A stretch of 64,000 nucleotides of DNA from the sequence record MH595538.1; one strand, written 5' to 3'. Shown here piece after piece: positions 45,713 through 56,316 of this stretch; position 1 is the stretch's first letter, and every line of letters begins with the position of its first letter. Made by a program: the position numbers and the translations under genes. The notes below the pieces were generated by a model. That model was not told where the DNA came from. It was given only the letters and a program-made list of their open reading frames with translations, and made no database searches.

Positions 45713-47107
45713 ATGTATGTATCTCTAGAGAGCTTTATCGCTGATAACGAAACACCAGCGAACACTCAAACTCCACCTGAGCAGCTAGTAGACGGCTGTG
45801 AACTATCACTAGAGCACATCGACGTCGAATCTGACGTACGTGTTCCAGCTGATGCGGACTTCAACCAGCTTGAATTCCAACTTCAAATGGCTAACGCTAC
45901 CGATGCGTCTCTAGCACGTCTAGAACAGCGTCTAACTGCATCGCTAGAAAACGGCGGCATTGCTACTCAGCACGAAGCACAAGCTTTCGCTGATCAGTAC
46001 GCTGCGGCTACTGAATCTTTCGGCGTACACGTTGTAGAAGTACCAGCTGTTGAATCTTTCGCTGAAGAAGGCATGGCTGAAGCACAAACTCGTGTTGCAG
46101 TTGAAGGCGTTAAAGAGATGGCTGCGACTGCTGGCAAAGCAATCAAGTCTCTGCTTGATGCAATCATCGCTCAAGTTAAGAAGCTAGCGACTCAGTACTT
46201 CACTCGAGCTGGACGTGCTCGTAAAGCACTACAAGCACTTAAGACTGCAGCCGGCCAAGTGAAAGGTAACCCGGTAGAGAAAGAAGTATCTATCTCTAAC
46301 GCACGCTATATCAAAGTTGAAGGTAAGATCAGTCTACAAGACTACGCTAGCCGTGTAGTTGCTGGTTCTTCTGGCCTTGACAAAGCGTTCAAAGAGATGA
46401 CTGGCCAGCTAGGCCGTATCGATTCTGGCAATCCTTCTGGTTCTCTACAGAGTTTAGAGAATACTGAGCAAGCGATGTACACCGCTGTTGAGAAAATGTT
46501 CGACGCAACTGAAACAGCGTCTGAAGCAGTAGCTAAGAAAGCCGGCTTCAAAGCAGACTCTTACCAGAAACTGCTTGTATCTAAAGTCATGCCTGGCGGT
46601 GCAGTAGTAGTTGTTGCAATTCCTAAAGCTGACTCTGGTCGTCCTGTTGCAGTGAAGCACGTCTTTGCTGAAGAAGCAGGTGATAAAGATTCTAAAGTTG
46701 CAGCTCTTGCATCAAACCAACTTGGCGGCGTTATCGATGAAGGTCTAAAACTACTAGACTCTCACGATGCAATCGTTACTGAAATGCAGAAACTGTCTGG
46801 TCTTGCTAAAGATGCTTCTGCTGCTGGTCAAAAAGCAGCGAAAGAAATCGGTAAGATCAAAGACAATGAGTCTGATGGTTCAAAACTGGTTGGCTTCCTA
46901 AAAGACATGAAACCTCGTCTAGAAGTCACTTACGTTGTTCATAAAGCTCTGTCTACTCAGTGTGCGCTTAAAGCAGCTGCTCATGCAGACTACGCTAAGG
47001 CGTCTATCAAAAACCTTAAGTCTGAAAAAGCAAATCCTGCTCCAAAAGACAACAAGGACGCTGATGACAAAGACAACAAAGATGACAACTCTGATAACCA
47101 AGAGTAA
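45713..47107 (+). CDS. Abundant internal head protein (gp93-like, phiKZ_IP family)
   Basis: Several S/A-x-E sites (VSLE, LSLE, ASLE, AVE) in an acidic propeptide; A/K-rich mature part; high-expression codons. Confidence 0.78.
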   Translation: MYVSLESFIADNETPANTQTPPEQLVDGCELSLEHIDVESDVRVPADADFNQLEFQLQMANATDASLARLEQRLTASLENGGIATQHEAQAFADQYAAATESFGVHVVEVPAVESFAEEGMAEAQTRVAVEGVKEMAATAGKAIKSLLDAIIAQVKKLATQYFTRAGRARKALQALKTAAGQVKGNPVEKEVSISNARYIKVEGKISLQDYASRVVAGSSGLDKAFKEMTGQLGRIDSGNPSGSLQSLENTEQAMYTAVEKMFDATETASEAVAKKAGFKADSYQKLLVSKVMPGGAVVVVAIPKADSGRPVAVKHVFAEEAGDKDSKVAALASNQLGGVIDEGLKLLDSHDAIVTEMQKLSGLAKDASAAGQKAAKEIGKIKDNESDGSKLVGFLKDMKPRLEVTYVVHKALSTQCALKAAAHADYAKASIKNLKSEKANPAPKDNKDADDKDNKDDNSDNQE

Positions 47108-47127
47108 TCTGTAATCTTCATAAAATA

Positions 47128-47160
47128 AACTACTGGGCTTTTGCCCAGTAGTTTTGCTTT
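47128..47160 (+). terminator. Intrinsic terminator
   Basis: AACTACTGGGC-TTTT-GCCCAGTAGTT then TTGCTTT. Confidence 0.8.
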
Positions 47161-47189
47161 AATTCTATAGTGAAGAAAGGAGTAAACTT

Positions 47190-48344
47190 ATGGCGTTTGC
47201 AGACCCAGTAGACTTGATCTGCTATGAAACAGAAATGGAGCTAGAGCAAAATGTGCTTGGCTTAGAGAGGCTATGTAGCCTCTACCAGTACTTAGTTAAT
47301 TTTCAAGAACAATATCCTGAAAATACAGAATTAACCGCAGTGGCTGTTGAGTCCATTGGCGATACGCTAGATATTATCACCCTAGAAGACATTGGTCTTT
47401 TAGATGAATTAGTTGCTGTTGAAGCATTAGGTGACGGGTTGAGTGTTGCCAAGAACATTGGCAATGTGCTAGCCAAGGTTATCAAAGCCGTATTATCAGC
47501 CCTTAAAAAGATCTATGATCTATTAGGCAAAGTATGGGATCGATTCTTGGGCGCAGCTGCTTCTCGCCTTAAAGAAGCACAAACGATCGCTAGTGAGATC
47601 AATCTAACTAAGCGTGAAATGGTGATTGATCCTCGTGACGATAAGATCAAGTTCAAGGACTCTTTCCAAACCGTACTTGACTACGGCCGCGGTGACTCAG
47701 CTAAACCTTCTGAGATCATCAATAATATTGAAATGTTGATCAAGTCAACTAATCCAGAAAAAGCACAACGTATGGCTTATGACGCTATCTTGCAAATCCT
47801 GGATTATCAGAACACTAACATCAATAACCCGCTGGTCATTAAAGACATCAGCAATGCATTGTGGACGAATTACAACAGCAAGTATGATGTCACCAGGGTC
47901 ATCGACGATAAAGATAAAACGAAAGTAATGATCAAGATTGGTCACATGCCTCAGGCAATCGTGGTGACTGGAGACAAGCCGGTCAGTAAGCCACCTAAGG
48001 CAGAACTAAAGATCATTAAGCGTAAGAAGTTACCTAAGGAATGTACAGCCCTAAGTCCTGAAGACGCCCATGATATTATCAATGTCGCTGTTCAACTGTT
48101 ATCCATTACTCGTGATGAAACGGACACCTATAATCTTAAGAAAGAATTGGATGCCGTTACTCAAAGAGTAAAAGATCTAGAGAAAGGTAAAGATAAACCA
48201 GATCCAAAGCTTATTGGCTACCTTCCTCAATTCGTTAATTTCAGTAAAGATTTCACTAAGGCTTGTGCAGGAGCTAAATTAGCGGTCGGTAAAGATATCA
48301 TTTCTTACGTCCGTGCTTCCTCATATGCTTGGAAACGTAAATAA
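47190..48344 (+). CDS. Internal head protein paralog
   Basis: AVE/S and AVE/AL sites then an amphipathic helix, like the 45713 gene. Confidence 0.7.
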   Translation: MAFADPVDLICYETEMELEQNVLGLERLCSLYQYLVNFQEQYPENTELTAVAVESIGDTLDIITLEDIGLLDELVAVEALGDGLSVAKNIGNVLAKVIKAVLSALKKIYDLLGKVWDRFLGAAASRLKEAQTIASEINLTKREMVIDPRDDKIKFKDSFQTVLDYGRGDSAKPSEIINNIEMLIKSTNPEKAQRMAYDAILQILDYQNTNINNPLVIKDISNALWTNYNSKYDVTRVIDDKDKTKVMIKIGHMPQAIVVTGDKPVSKPPKAELKIIKRKKLPKECTALSPEDAHDIINVAVQLLSITRDETDTYNLKKELDAVTQRVKDLEKGKDKPDPKLIGYLPQFVNFSKDFTKACAGAKLAVGKDIISYVRASSYAWKRK

Positions 48345-48360
48345 ACCATAGGACAAAATA

Positions 48361-49578
48361 ATGCCACAATTTACAATTGCAGATTTCTTGGGTCTCGAGT
48401 CACACAAAGAACCAGAAACACAACTACTGAATGTAGAAATGCCAACACTAGAAGAGCTAGAAGACACATCGGTATTTGACGAGTGTGCCGAAGCTGAACT
48501 AATGCTAGATGTTGCACTCACTGCTCTAGATAAACTAGAGTCTATGGAAGCTCGTTTCGAAGGCCAACAAATCTCTGAGTTTACACTAGAGTGTTTCATG
48601 GATGAGTTGTCTGTATCAACTGCAGGTGCAATGACATTTAGTCGTGAAGCGATCTTTACCAAAGACGGCAGTGTGTATGAAATCAACAACGCTAAAGTCG
48701 GCGAAGTTATCAAGAAGACTATCGAGCAAGTGCGCCTAATCATCAAGAAAATGCTTAATGCACTAGCTAAGTTCTTTGGTGATATCTTTGCAGTAAATGA
48801 CCGTCGTATGTTGCAAGCAGAAACTTTACTGAAGAAACTGAAGAGTGGTAAAATGCGATTCATGGGGGTGCGCCAGCCTATTAATTCAGTAACAATGCCT
48901 TTGGTAATTTCAATAAAAGGCAATCAGGTTGAATATTACGGACTTGAAGGAATTTCTAAAATAACCAGCTTAGCTTCAGGCTATGATCTAGATAAGAATC
49001 TAAAGCAAGCCGCTGAGGCTGTTGAGACATTGATCAAAAATGACAGCAGTAATGATAAGCTGGCCGCTGCACTGGACAATATGGCACTTGCCTACGGTAA
49101 GGGCTTGGCTAAAAACTACGCCATAGGTAGAGAAGAAGACCGTGGTGGAGTTAAGTCATTTTACATCAGCAATAACCCCAAGGCAGTGTTTCCAAACGGA
49201 TTCCGTATCCTGCTCAAGGGAGCAAGCTCTACAGCACAGCTTGATATACAGTCTACAATGACCAAGGCATCCGTATTAGACATGACCTCGGTTGATAAAA
49301 AGTGGGTGATATCTGGTCTCGAAGCTGCAATCGCAATCCTTAAACCAGTGACTGGCAAAAATAAAGATGCCATTTCGGTGTTCGATAAAGGACTTAAACA
49401 AACGATTGACGCCGCTGAAGATAACGACGGAATTCCAGCAGAACGTGTTAAAGGCGCTGCCCAAGCAGGTAAATTCTTTAGCTCGCTATTCCGTGCAGAA
49501 CAGATGTACGTGCAAAGACTTGCCGCTGCTTTGATTGCGACAGCAGTCTCACAGGCTAAGCCCAGTAACGTAGGTTAA
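48361..49578 (+). CDS. Internal head protein paralog
   Basis: Acidic propeptide (GLE, SME, SRE sites) then a K-rich amphipathic helix. Confidence 0.7.
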   Translation: MPQFTIADFLGLESHKEPETQLLNVEMPTLEELEDTSVFDECAEAELMLDVALTALDKLESMEARFEGQQISEFTLECFMDELSVSTAGAMTFSREAIFTKDGSVYEINNAKVGEVIKKTIEQVRLIIKKMLNALAKFFGDIFAVNDRRMLQAETLLKKLKSGKMRFMGVRQPINSVTMPLVISIKGNQVEYYGLEGISKITSLASGYDLDKNLKQAAEAVETLIKNDSSNDKLAAALDNMALAYGKGLAKNYAIGREEDRGGVKSFYISNNPKAVFPNGFRILLKGASSTAQLDIQSTMTKASVLDMTSVDKKWVISGLEAAIAILKPVTGKNKDAISVFDKGLKQTIDAAEDNDGIPAERVKGAAQAGKFFSSLFRAEQMYVQRLAAALIATAVSQAKPSNVG

Positions 49579-49582
49579 AACT

Positions 49583-49611
49583 ATTCCCTCCTCCCTTAGG
49601 GGAGGGGGAAT
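49583..49611 (+). terminator. Hairpin terminator
   Basis: ATTCCCTCCTCCC-TTAG-GGGAGGGGGAAT, T-rich downstream. Confidence 0.6.
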
Positions 49612-49643
49612 CATTTAGTATTTTAAAAACCAGGAGACCTGTA

Positions 49644-51257
49644 ATGGGATTGGTAACCAAGGCAGTTGCTCAAACAGACATTACTGTTCTACAGTCTATT
49701 GCAAGGGAAACCGTAAATACGATTATCGATCGTACGGGATTTCCTGCCGATTCAGAAATCATCTTTACTGATGACTTTGTTGACAGTAAAAGAAATCGAT
49801 TAAACTTATTTAGCCAGTGCTATGATGAAAAAGGCATTGTAACTAAATATGGAAACTTTGTCTTTGTCGAAGTAGAAGATCAGTTTACCGAAGAAGGCCT
49901 ATTGCGTAATCGACACGGGATACGTCCACATAGCGCATTCTTTAATGATCCTAAGTTAGGCATTCGCATGTTTCCAATTTACTGCGAATCTGAAATGAAA
50001 CTCAATATTCGTTTTAGATCAAACAGTAAGACATTTCTGACTAACTGGATTAATGCCCTCAGAATCCGTGAGAGTGCCATAGACATCCTTATTCGTTCAC
50101 ATATACGTTATGATTACGCTATCCCTCATCGCTTTATAGAGTTCCTATATAAAGCATGGGAGATGCGTGAAGCTAATCATGGCTATGGACAGGACTTTGC
50201 CGATTACTGTAATGAGCACTTTGGTGAAGGATACATGATCCGATCTAACAGTGCCATGCAAGATCATGAACTAATCATGAACGAGCGTCAAATGCATACT
50301 CGCGGATGGGTCGATGAAAAGATGTTCTATAATGCGAGAACTATCGAAGATGGTATTTATGAAGTAGTAATGCCATATAGCTTCCGCTATCAAAAGATCA
50401 CCGGGGTAACATTAGACTATCCTGCTCTTGTGCACAATAACTTTATCCCGAATGAATACGCGCAAGAATTCCTGCATCCCCTTATAAAAGAACTAAGAGA
50501 AAAATACACAAGGCCGCTTACTTATGCCGGCGAACATCTCTTAGGTCCTGATGAAACATTCATCTACTTGGGTGATGGCGGAGCCAGAATGATTGATTGG
50601 GACCCATGGTTTCCAGAAAACCATATTAAGGAATATCAGACTGTACTGATATTTCCGTTTGCAGTTGATGAAGCAGATGATACGCTAGTGTGTAATCTGA
50701 ACGAACTGCCAGAAGAATATTTGCCCGCTGGTATTAAAGAATACATTGTCAAGTACAAAGACAATTGGTATGTGCCAAACAGCATGCTTTGCCGTATTGA
50801 AGTTCATGGCGTTTCCGATGAGGAAGTTCCTCATCGAGTCTATATCGACGAAGACTATAACATCCGTACCCGTGATTCACTTAATCCTCGAGATCGCAAC
50901 TACGTGAGAATAGGCATCCAGCGTGACTTCGCTAGATTGAATCCTGTTCATACTCGTGCGTTACTTAAGGACCCAGAGATATTTGTGCCTTTATTGCGTC
51001 TGTATAACCCTGAGACGATCTTTACAGATAACGTCGATGAGTTTAGAGACTATATGCCTAAAGAGCCTGTACTGGACGATCTGCAAGGATTAAAGCCTAT
51101 GATCGTAAGTTTGCCTGATAATCGAGGTATAACGGATCGCAGTTATCTCTACTGGTTACGCATGCAGGCAGACACTAATGAAGCATTTAAGAACATTCGT
51201 CTTACTAGCTCGTTGGGTGTGGCAACAAACAATATTACTGTTAAAAGGAGAGCCTAA
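49644..51257 (+). CDS. Virion structural protein (gp98 position)
   Basis: 537 aa, SD CAGGAG; first gene of a coupled four-gene unit. Confidence 0.65.
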   Translation: MGLVTKAVAQTDITVLQSIARETVNTIIDRTGFPADSEIIFTDDFVDSKRNRLNLFSQCYDEKGIVTKYGNFVFVEVEDQFTEEGLLRNRHGIRPHSAFFNDPKLGIRMFPIYCESEMKLNIRFRSNSKTFLTNWINALRIRESAIDILIRSHIRYDYAIPHRFIEFLYKAWEMREANHGYGQDFADYCNEHFGEGYMIRSNSAMQDHELIMNERQMHTRGWVDEKMFYNARTIEDGIYEVVMPYSFRYQKITGVTLDYPALVHNNFIPNEYAQEFLHPLIKELREKYTRPLTYAGEHLLGPDETFIYLGDGGARMIDWDPWFPENHIKEYQTVLIFPFAVDEADDTLVCNLNELPEEYLPAGIKEYIVKYKDNWYVPNSMLCRIEVHGVSDEEVPHRVYIDEDYNIRTRDSLNPRDRNYVRIGIQRDFARLNPVHTRALLKDPEIFVPLLRLYNPETIFTDNVDEFRDYMPKEPVLDDLQGLKPMIVSLPDNRGITDRSYLYWLRMQADTNEAFKNIRLTSSLGVATNNITVKRRA

Positions 51258-52459
51258 TGCCTCTGTTCGATAAGAATGACTATTCTCAAATAGAGAAGGA
51301 TCCTGTCGTAGAGCACCGTCAAGATACGGCATCGGTCTATAGTGCTCCGGATAAAGAGAACTTCCATGCGGCCAGTATGGAAGGTACTCCTCGTACTGTC
51401 ACCTACTACTATCAAGTACTGGGTGACGATGACTATCCCAAGCGACTTGACTTTGGATTGCATTCTTCACTACAGGAATACATCAAAGTTGAAAACATGA
51501 TCATCTTGGACACGGGCGATAACGATCAGTCTAAAGATGAAAACCATATCTGGGAGATGCGAGGAGAAGCAAACGTTTATCCTGGTATTCCCGTTAACCA
51601 ATGGGATATGTTTACCGCCCAGCTAGTTGACGGCAGGATAGGTGTTTTCACCGTTTATGAAGTTCCTCAGGAAACGAGCATCTATGCTTATTCTGGATAT
51701 CGTATAAGCTATGAGTTAGTCTCAACCCTGACTGACCCCTATCGCATTGAACTGGCAAGAAAGGCAGTCAACACGCTTTATTTTGATCCTGACAATCCTA
51801 CTTGTCCTGGCGTTAACGTCGATGAGTTAGAAGAAGATATCTTGGCAAAAGAAGTCCTTCCGTTGGTTACTACGATGATCTATGATGAGTACTATGACAA
51901 AGATACTCGTACGATGCTTGTAGAGAAAGACGGTAAGTCCTGGTATGATGCTTGTGCAACAGAGTTCTTCTTTAATCTGATTCCAAGAAAGGTGAGAGGA
52001 CCTAGGCCACTGCCTCAGTTATATAGCGTACCCTCGCTAGAGTACATCGAAAAGATCCGTACTATCTGGGATGTGTTAATTGCTGACAAGAAAGAGTACA
52101 TGACCGTGATTGTTTCTGAAGCAGCTGATATTCCAATTGCGGCTTATCACTCTTCGCATATCATGACGGGTATCTCTCTTATTGACATTAGTGGTGTCAT
52201 TCATCCTAGCGACAGTACGTCTCTATGGGGAGATGTCAGTGAAGACTCTACTTATCCTTATGTATTTTCAGAAGGTTTCTACACAGAAGATGCGAATACA
52301 ATGACGCCATGGGATAAGAAGATCATGGACGTATTAAACGGAGAGCAATACTTAGTCTCTCAAATTCAAGATGAACTGGATAACCTCGCTGCGCTTTCTA
52401 GCGTAGAACGATTCCATCGATTGCTCACTATGATGTGGTTACTGGTTAAAAAATTATAA
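51257..52459 (+). CDS. Virion structural protein (gp99 position)
   Basis: 400 aa with TAATG overlap; EGTPRTVTYYYQ and GEANVYPG motifs. Confidence 0.65.
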   Translation: MPLFDKNDYSQIEKDPVVEHRQDTASVYSAPDKENFHAASMEGTPRTVTYYYQVLGDDDYPKRLDFGLHSSLQEYIKVENMIILDTGDNDQSKDENHIWEMRGEANVYPGIPVNQWDMFTAQLVDGRIGVFTVYEVPQETSIYAYSGYRISYELVSTLTDPYRIELARKAVNTLYFDPDNPTCPGVNVDELEEDILAKEVLPLVTTMIYDEYYDKDTRTMLVEKDGKSWYDACATEFFFNLIPRKVRGPRPLPQLYSVPSLEYIEKIRTIWDVLIADKKEYMTVIVSEAADIPIAAYHSSHIMTGISLIDISGVIHPSDSTSLWGDVSEDSTYPYVFSEGFYTEDANTMTPWDKKIMDVLNGEQYLVSQIQDELDNLAALSSVERFHRLLTMMWLLVKKL

Positions 52460-52471
52460 AAGGATAAGACC

Positions 52472-53146
52472 ATGCAAGAAGAAAGAAGTTTTTGTGATAT
52501 GCTCTTTGATGACAAAGTTCCTGTCTGGATCAATGCCAAGATTAAATTGGCTATAATGCCTAAAGCGAACATCAAGCATATTAAAAAGGTAGAGCCTACT
52601 GCTTGTGGCGTACGCGGTATGACAGTTGAAGTGGAAAGCACGGATGAGGAATATATCATCAACCGTATGCGCGGCATGCCTGTACAAACAAGTGATGAAG
52701 AAGCGGATTTAGAATCGGCATCATTTCTGTTTGTACAAGATCTCCCAATTGAAAAGATCATTGAGATCTGGGATTTGACAGGAGAAGTCCGTTTCGCTAC
52801 AGGTAAAGCATTGGCTCATTCTTACGAGGTTGCTCGCAACTACCTGGCTGAAGTCGAAGAGAGAATGAAGTACTCAGTTAACTTCTCAGGTGTTCCTCAG
52901 GAAGACATCGAAAAGATCCGCAGCTTCGTTGAAGGAATTCGTTATATCTATGATACGATGAACGGCGATATTGCCTTCGATCTTGCATTGGCTGAAATCC
53001 TACAATCTGCTATCTTCTCTAACTTGTTCGATAACAAGAAAGATGATAATCAAGGTTTACTAGTCACTCGTGAATCCAGCTTAAATCACGATACGATGAT
53101 GCAGCCTACTCATCAGCATGCTGCCTTTGGTTTTAACAGGGAATAG
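52472..53146 (+). CDS. Conserved hypothetical protein (gp100 position)
   Basis: 224-aa ORF with SD AAGGA. Confidence 0.65.
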   Translation: MQEERSFCDMLFDDKVPVWINAKIKLAIMPKANIKHIKKVEPTACGVRGMTVEVESTDEEYIINRMRGMPVQTSDEEADLESASFLFVQDLPIEKIIEIWDLTGEVRFATGKALAHSYEVARNYLAEVEERMKYSVNFSGVPQEDIEKIRSFVEGIRYIYDTMNGDIAFDLALAEILQSAIFSNLFDNKKDDNQGLLVTRESSLNHDTMMQPTHQHAAFGFNRE

Positions 53147-53148
53147 CT

Positions 53149-54531
53149 ATGTTAGAAATTTCAGAAATGAAGAAGTTGTTTGAAGAAATAACTTCAGGAA
53201 TCTATTCCAATGACTGGAAGATCACAGCAGAAGTACTTTCTGAAGGCAAGGTAAGACAAGAGATCCCCAAAGTTGAATATCTGATCACCAACAGCGACTA
53301 TACTGCTCAGGTAGCCAGTTATTTAACACTAGGTGTGCTAGTAGGTCCAGTGTTCTATAAGACGCACATAACGCCATATAAGGACAATTTACAAATACAG
53401 TTAACGATCTCTCCTCGAACTTCCCAGGCAGGTGATATAGAAACACTGCCTAAGGTTGTAAAGGTCTATGACGCTTATCCAAACAACAATGTCGACGTTG
53501 ATTTAGATGCAGGCTTTTCTACTTCGGATTTAACGACAGCAGAATCGGGACAATTACTGAACGTCTCTTTTCAGTTAATCGAACCGATCTTAAACGAAAT
53601 GCGAATGGCGAGTGTCAACGGCGTGTATAAGTACACGACTGTGAGTAACTTATTGCGCGGTCTACTGTCTTATGGGCTGGAAGGGAACACGGATACGGAA
53701 TCTTTAAAAGAATTCAACTATCCCGGCGTTAGAGGCGTTGATATCATTCCAGCGACTAACCAGAAGTCTTACGACACTATTCTTATTCCCGCTGTGTCAG
53801 AACAGGGTGAAATGAAGTTAACTAAGTTAACCAAGTTCATTCAACAGGAATATGGCGTCTACGGCACAGGCTGTGGTAGTTACTTCGATCGAGGATGGTG
53901 GTTTATCTATCCGCTCTTTGAACTACATCGTTTTAATCAAGTCAGTCAGAAACTCACTATCATTATTCTTGATGAAGATGAAGCTACTGGACTAGAGCAA
54001 ACCTATAAGAGAGATGGTGATCACATCACGATCTTGGCGACGGGTAAAACTTCTAATCTGGATAACTCTGAGCGAGTAGCAGCTAACATGGGCGATGCAG
54101 TGCGTTTAAATCGCGCATCAGATCTTAATGAAGGCGGAATAGAAATATCCAATAACAAGGCAACTGGTATTGGTACGCAGACTACCCGTCAAGCAACGAT
54201 TGAATCCAGGAAGTCTGGCTTGCAGAATGTATCTTATGCTAAGGACGTCTTTACGGACAATCCTTATAAAGAACTGTCTCGCATAGCAGCTCTGAAAGGC
54301 ATGAGACTGGTTGTAAATTGGCAAAGAGGTAATCCTGCATTCCTTAAGCCATCTATACCAGTTAGAGTCCTTTACGGCAAGAATAACCAGTTAGCGACTA
54401 AGTATGGTGTGTTGCATGGTTTTGAAGATAAGTTCATGACTGCATCGGGTAATTATGCCGATGATAACTTTGCACATTATCTCAAGCTGGTCTTGTTTGT
54501 TGATAAGTCTACAGAAGAAGCAGAAGAATAA
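53149..54531 (+). CDS. Baseplate hub-like virion protein (gp101 position)
   Basis: 460 aa, beta-rich; QQEYGVYGTG and WFIYPLF motifs; C-terminal LKPSIPVRV resembles hub proteins. Confidence 0.6.
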   Translation: MLEISEMKKLFEEITSGIYSNDWKITAEVLSEGKVRQEIPKVEYLITNSDYTAQVASYLTLGVLVGPVFYKTHITPYKDNLQIQLTISPRTSQAGDIETLPKVVKVYDAYPNNNVDVDLDAGFSTSDLTTAESGQLLNVSFQLIEPILNEMRMASVNGVYKYTTVSNLLRGLLSYGLEGNTDTESLKEFNYPGVRGVDIIPATNQKSYDTILIPAVSEQGEMKLTKLTKFIQQEYGVYGTGCGSYFDRGWWFIYPLFELHRFNQVSQKLTIIILDEDEATGLEQTYKRDGDHITILATGKTSNLDNSERVAANMGDAVRLNRASDLNEGGIEISNNKATGIGTQTTRQATIESRKSGLQNVSYAKDVFTDNPYKELSRIAALKGMRLVVNWQRGNPAFLKPSIPVRVLYGKNNQLATKYGVLHGFEDKFMTASGNYADDNFAHYLKLVLFVDKSTEEAEE

Positions 54532-54557
54532 TAGATAGGGGCAATTGCCCCTATCTA
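54532..54557. terminator. Bidirectional terminator
   Basis: TAGATAGGGGC-AATT-GCCCCTATCTA between convergent genes. Confidence 0.8.
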
Positions 54558-54570
54558 TAGCTTTTATCAT

Positions 54571-56181
54571 TTATGCTGCGTCAAAGAATTCATCATCGCT
54601 TCCAAAATCATCATCGTTAGAGCCGGAAGCATTAGCGACATTCATGTCTTCCAGTACACCAGCAGCTCCTCCTAGCTGAGACCATTCGTAAATAGCCTGA
54701 GATCTTTCTTCATTAATATCATCGTTGATACCGCCGTATGGTAAGAACTCATAAGCGTAGCTCTTACGACGCTCTGGAATATGTCCTGAGTCAGTACGGT
54801 CTTTACCTTTAGCAAAGGTTAGGAATTTGCGCTCACCTACTTTGTGAATGTGCATTAGACACTCACCGTCAAGTTTAGTATGTAGAGAACGACAGTCCAT
54901 GTACCAGCCGCCTGTTGATACTTTAACAGCAAAGTTAGAAGTACCTTCACGAGCCAGTTGTTGTGCTTCCGTAGAAAGCTGGTGAGCATTAATCTGAGTA
55001 ATGCCTTTAGGGAAACAGTGATTACGCAGTACTTCAAAGGCATGTACAATGCGTTCGTCAGTACGGCTGTTAGAATTACCGTTCTTAGTGATAAGGTGTA
55101 GGTAGTCGACGACAATGGCATGGATTTCATAACCTTCGTCGATGTAGCCGTCAATGATGTTAAGTAGATCCCAAACTGTCATGTTGTTTGGATCATAACA
55201 AACCATTTCAAAATGGTAGCCATTAACACTGAGTTTTTCTTTAATGTATTTAGCAGCTTCTAATACGTCAACAGTATTAAGGTCTAGTTTTTGTTTATGT
55301 TCAGCTTCCCATAGTGAACGGTAAATGATCGGTACGTCTTGCTCAGGCTTGTTCTCAAATGAGACACGCAAGATCATTGGTTTCTTGTTTTCATCTTCCA
55401 TCATAGAAGAAGGATCATTGTACATAGGTAGCCAGCGACAATGATCAAGTAGAATACCTGTCTTATAGTTGTGCGTTAATGCACCGAAGTTATATGAACC
55501 TCCGCGCATGTAGCCGCCAATGCCCCACATGTCGTTTAGGCCTTGTAGACCTGTCTTCAATACTGATTCGCCTGTATGCTGCTTCTTAGCAGCTTCTAGG
55601 GTGTTAGCGATGGATTCAGGATCATCGAAGTTAACATGGCCAGCAAACCCATTCTTTTCAGCCTGAGATTTATTCTTAGCAACTTCAAGTTCACCAATGG
55701 CTTCTTCAACAACATCAGCGATATCTACAAATTCTTGACTGAAGTTTACCGTGCGATGCAATTTAGCAATAGCCTTACCAATCTGCATCTTGCTATGAAT
55801 GTTCTTAAGTTCACCGACGATAGATTCAACTCGTTTAGCGTTTGCATGTGCTTCTTCTTCATCCACGCCTTGCAATAGGACATTAATGGTTTCGACATAA
55901 GTTTCATTATAAGCACAGTTGATCTTTAAGTGTTCAATAAGATCCTTAAGACCAATGTGTGTTTCAGAAGGCACGCCTTTAAGATAATCTAAACTAAATC
56001 TAAGAGCAGTAGCAATCTCTGCATCCGAGCCATCGCCGTGAGCATAAGAAGGCATTTTTAAATCAGCAAGGATATTGTCAACGAGCGGTTCAATGTTACC
56101 GTTCTTTGTATTTAGACTACGGTTAATATATAGCCCAACTATTGCTTTAACAAGTATTAAACAGGGGTTATTCTGTGACAT
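54571..56181 (-). CDS. dnaB: DnaB-like replicative helicase (gp118-like)
   Basis: Divergent Walker A GALTHNYKT, SFEN, Walker B IVVDYL, NAHQLS, GKDR. Confidence 0.85.
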   Translation of the reverse strand: MSQNNPCLILVKAIVGLYINRSLNTKNGNIEPLVDNILADLKMPSYAHGDGSDAEIATALRFSLDYLKGVPSETHIGLKDLIEHLKINCAYNETYVETINVLLQGVDEEEAHANAKRVESIVGELKNIHSKMQIGKAIAKLHRTVNFSQEFVDIADVVEEAIGELEVAKNKSQAEKNGFAGHVNFDDPESIANTLEAAKKQHTGESVLKTGLQGLNDMWGIGGYMRGGSYNFGALTHNYKTGILLDHCRWLPMYNDPSSMMEDENKKPMILRVSFENKPEQDVPIIYRSLWEAEHKQKLDLNTVDVLEAAKYIKEKLSVNGYHFEMVCYDPNNMTVWDLLNIIDGYIDEGYEIHAIVVDYLHLITKNGNSNSRTDERIVHAFEVLRNHCFPKGITQINAHQLSTEAQQLAREGTSNFAVKVSTGGWYMDCRSLHTKLDGECLMHIHKVGERKFLTFAKGKDRTDSGHIPERRKSYAYEFLPYGGINDDINEERSQAIYEWSQLGGAAGVLEDMNVANASGSNDDDFGSDDEFFDAA

Positions 56182-56316
56182 CTTTGTGCCTCGGTATCTT
56201 TGAATTTTATTCTAATAAGCTACAAGATGTTCCTCTGCTTGTTATTACCTAATGTGAGAATAAAAAATTAATCCCTTCCCCTACGGTAATCCTGTAGATT
56301 AAACAAACAGGGGCGT

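Noticed and set aside
47041-47107. AAAGACAACAA repeats at the end of the 45713 gene
   Set aside because: Short coding low-complexity K/D/N tail with no sign of a separate element.
48321-48923. 200-aa antisense ORF over a head-protein gene
   Set aside because: Ser-rich mirror of an acidic sense protein; explained by codon bias.
55440-55500. Non-canonical Walker A (GALTHNYKT) suggesting an inactive DnaB
   Set aside because: The Lys-Thr and the other DnaB motifs are retained; divergence here is typical of phiKZ-like helicases.
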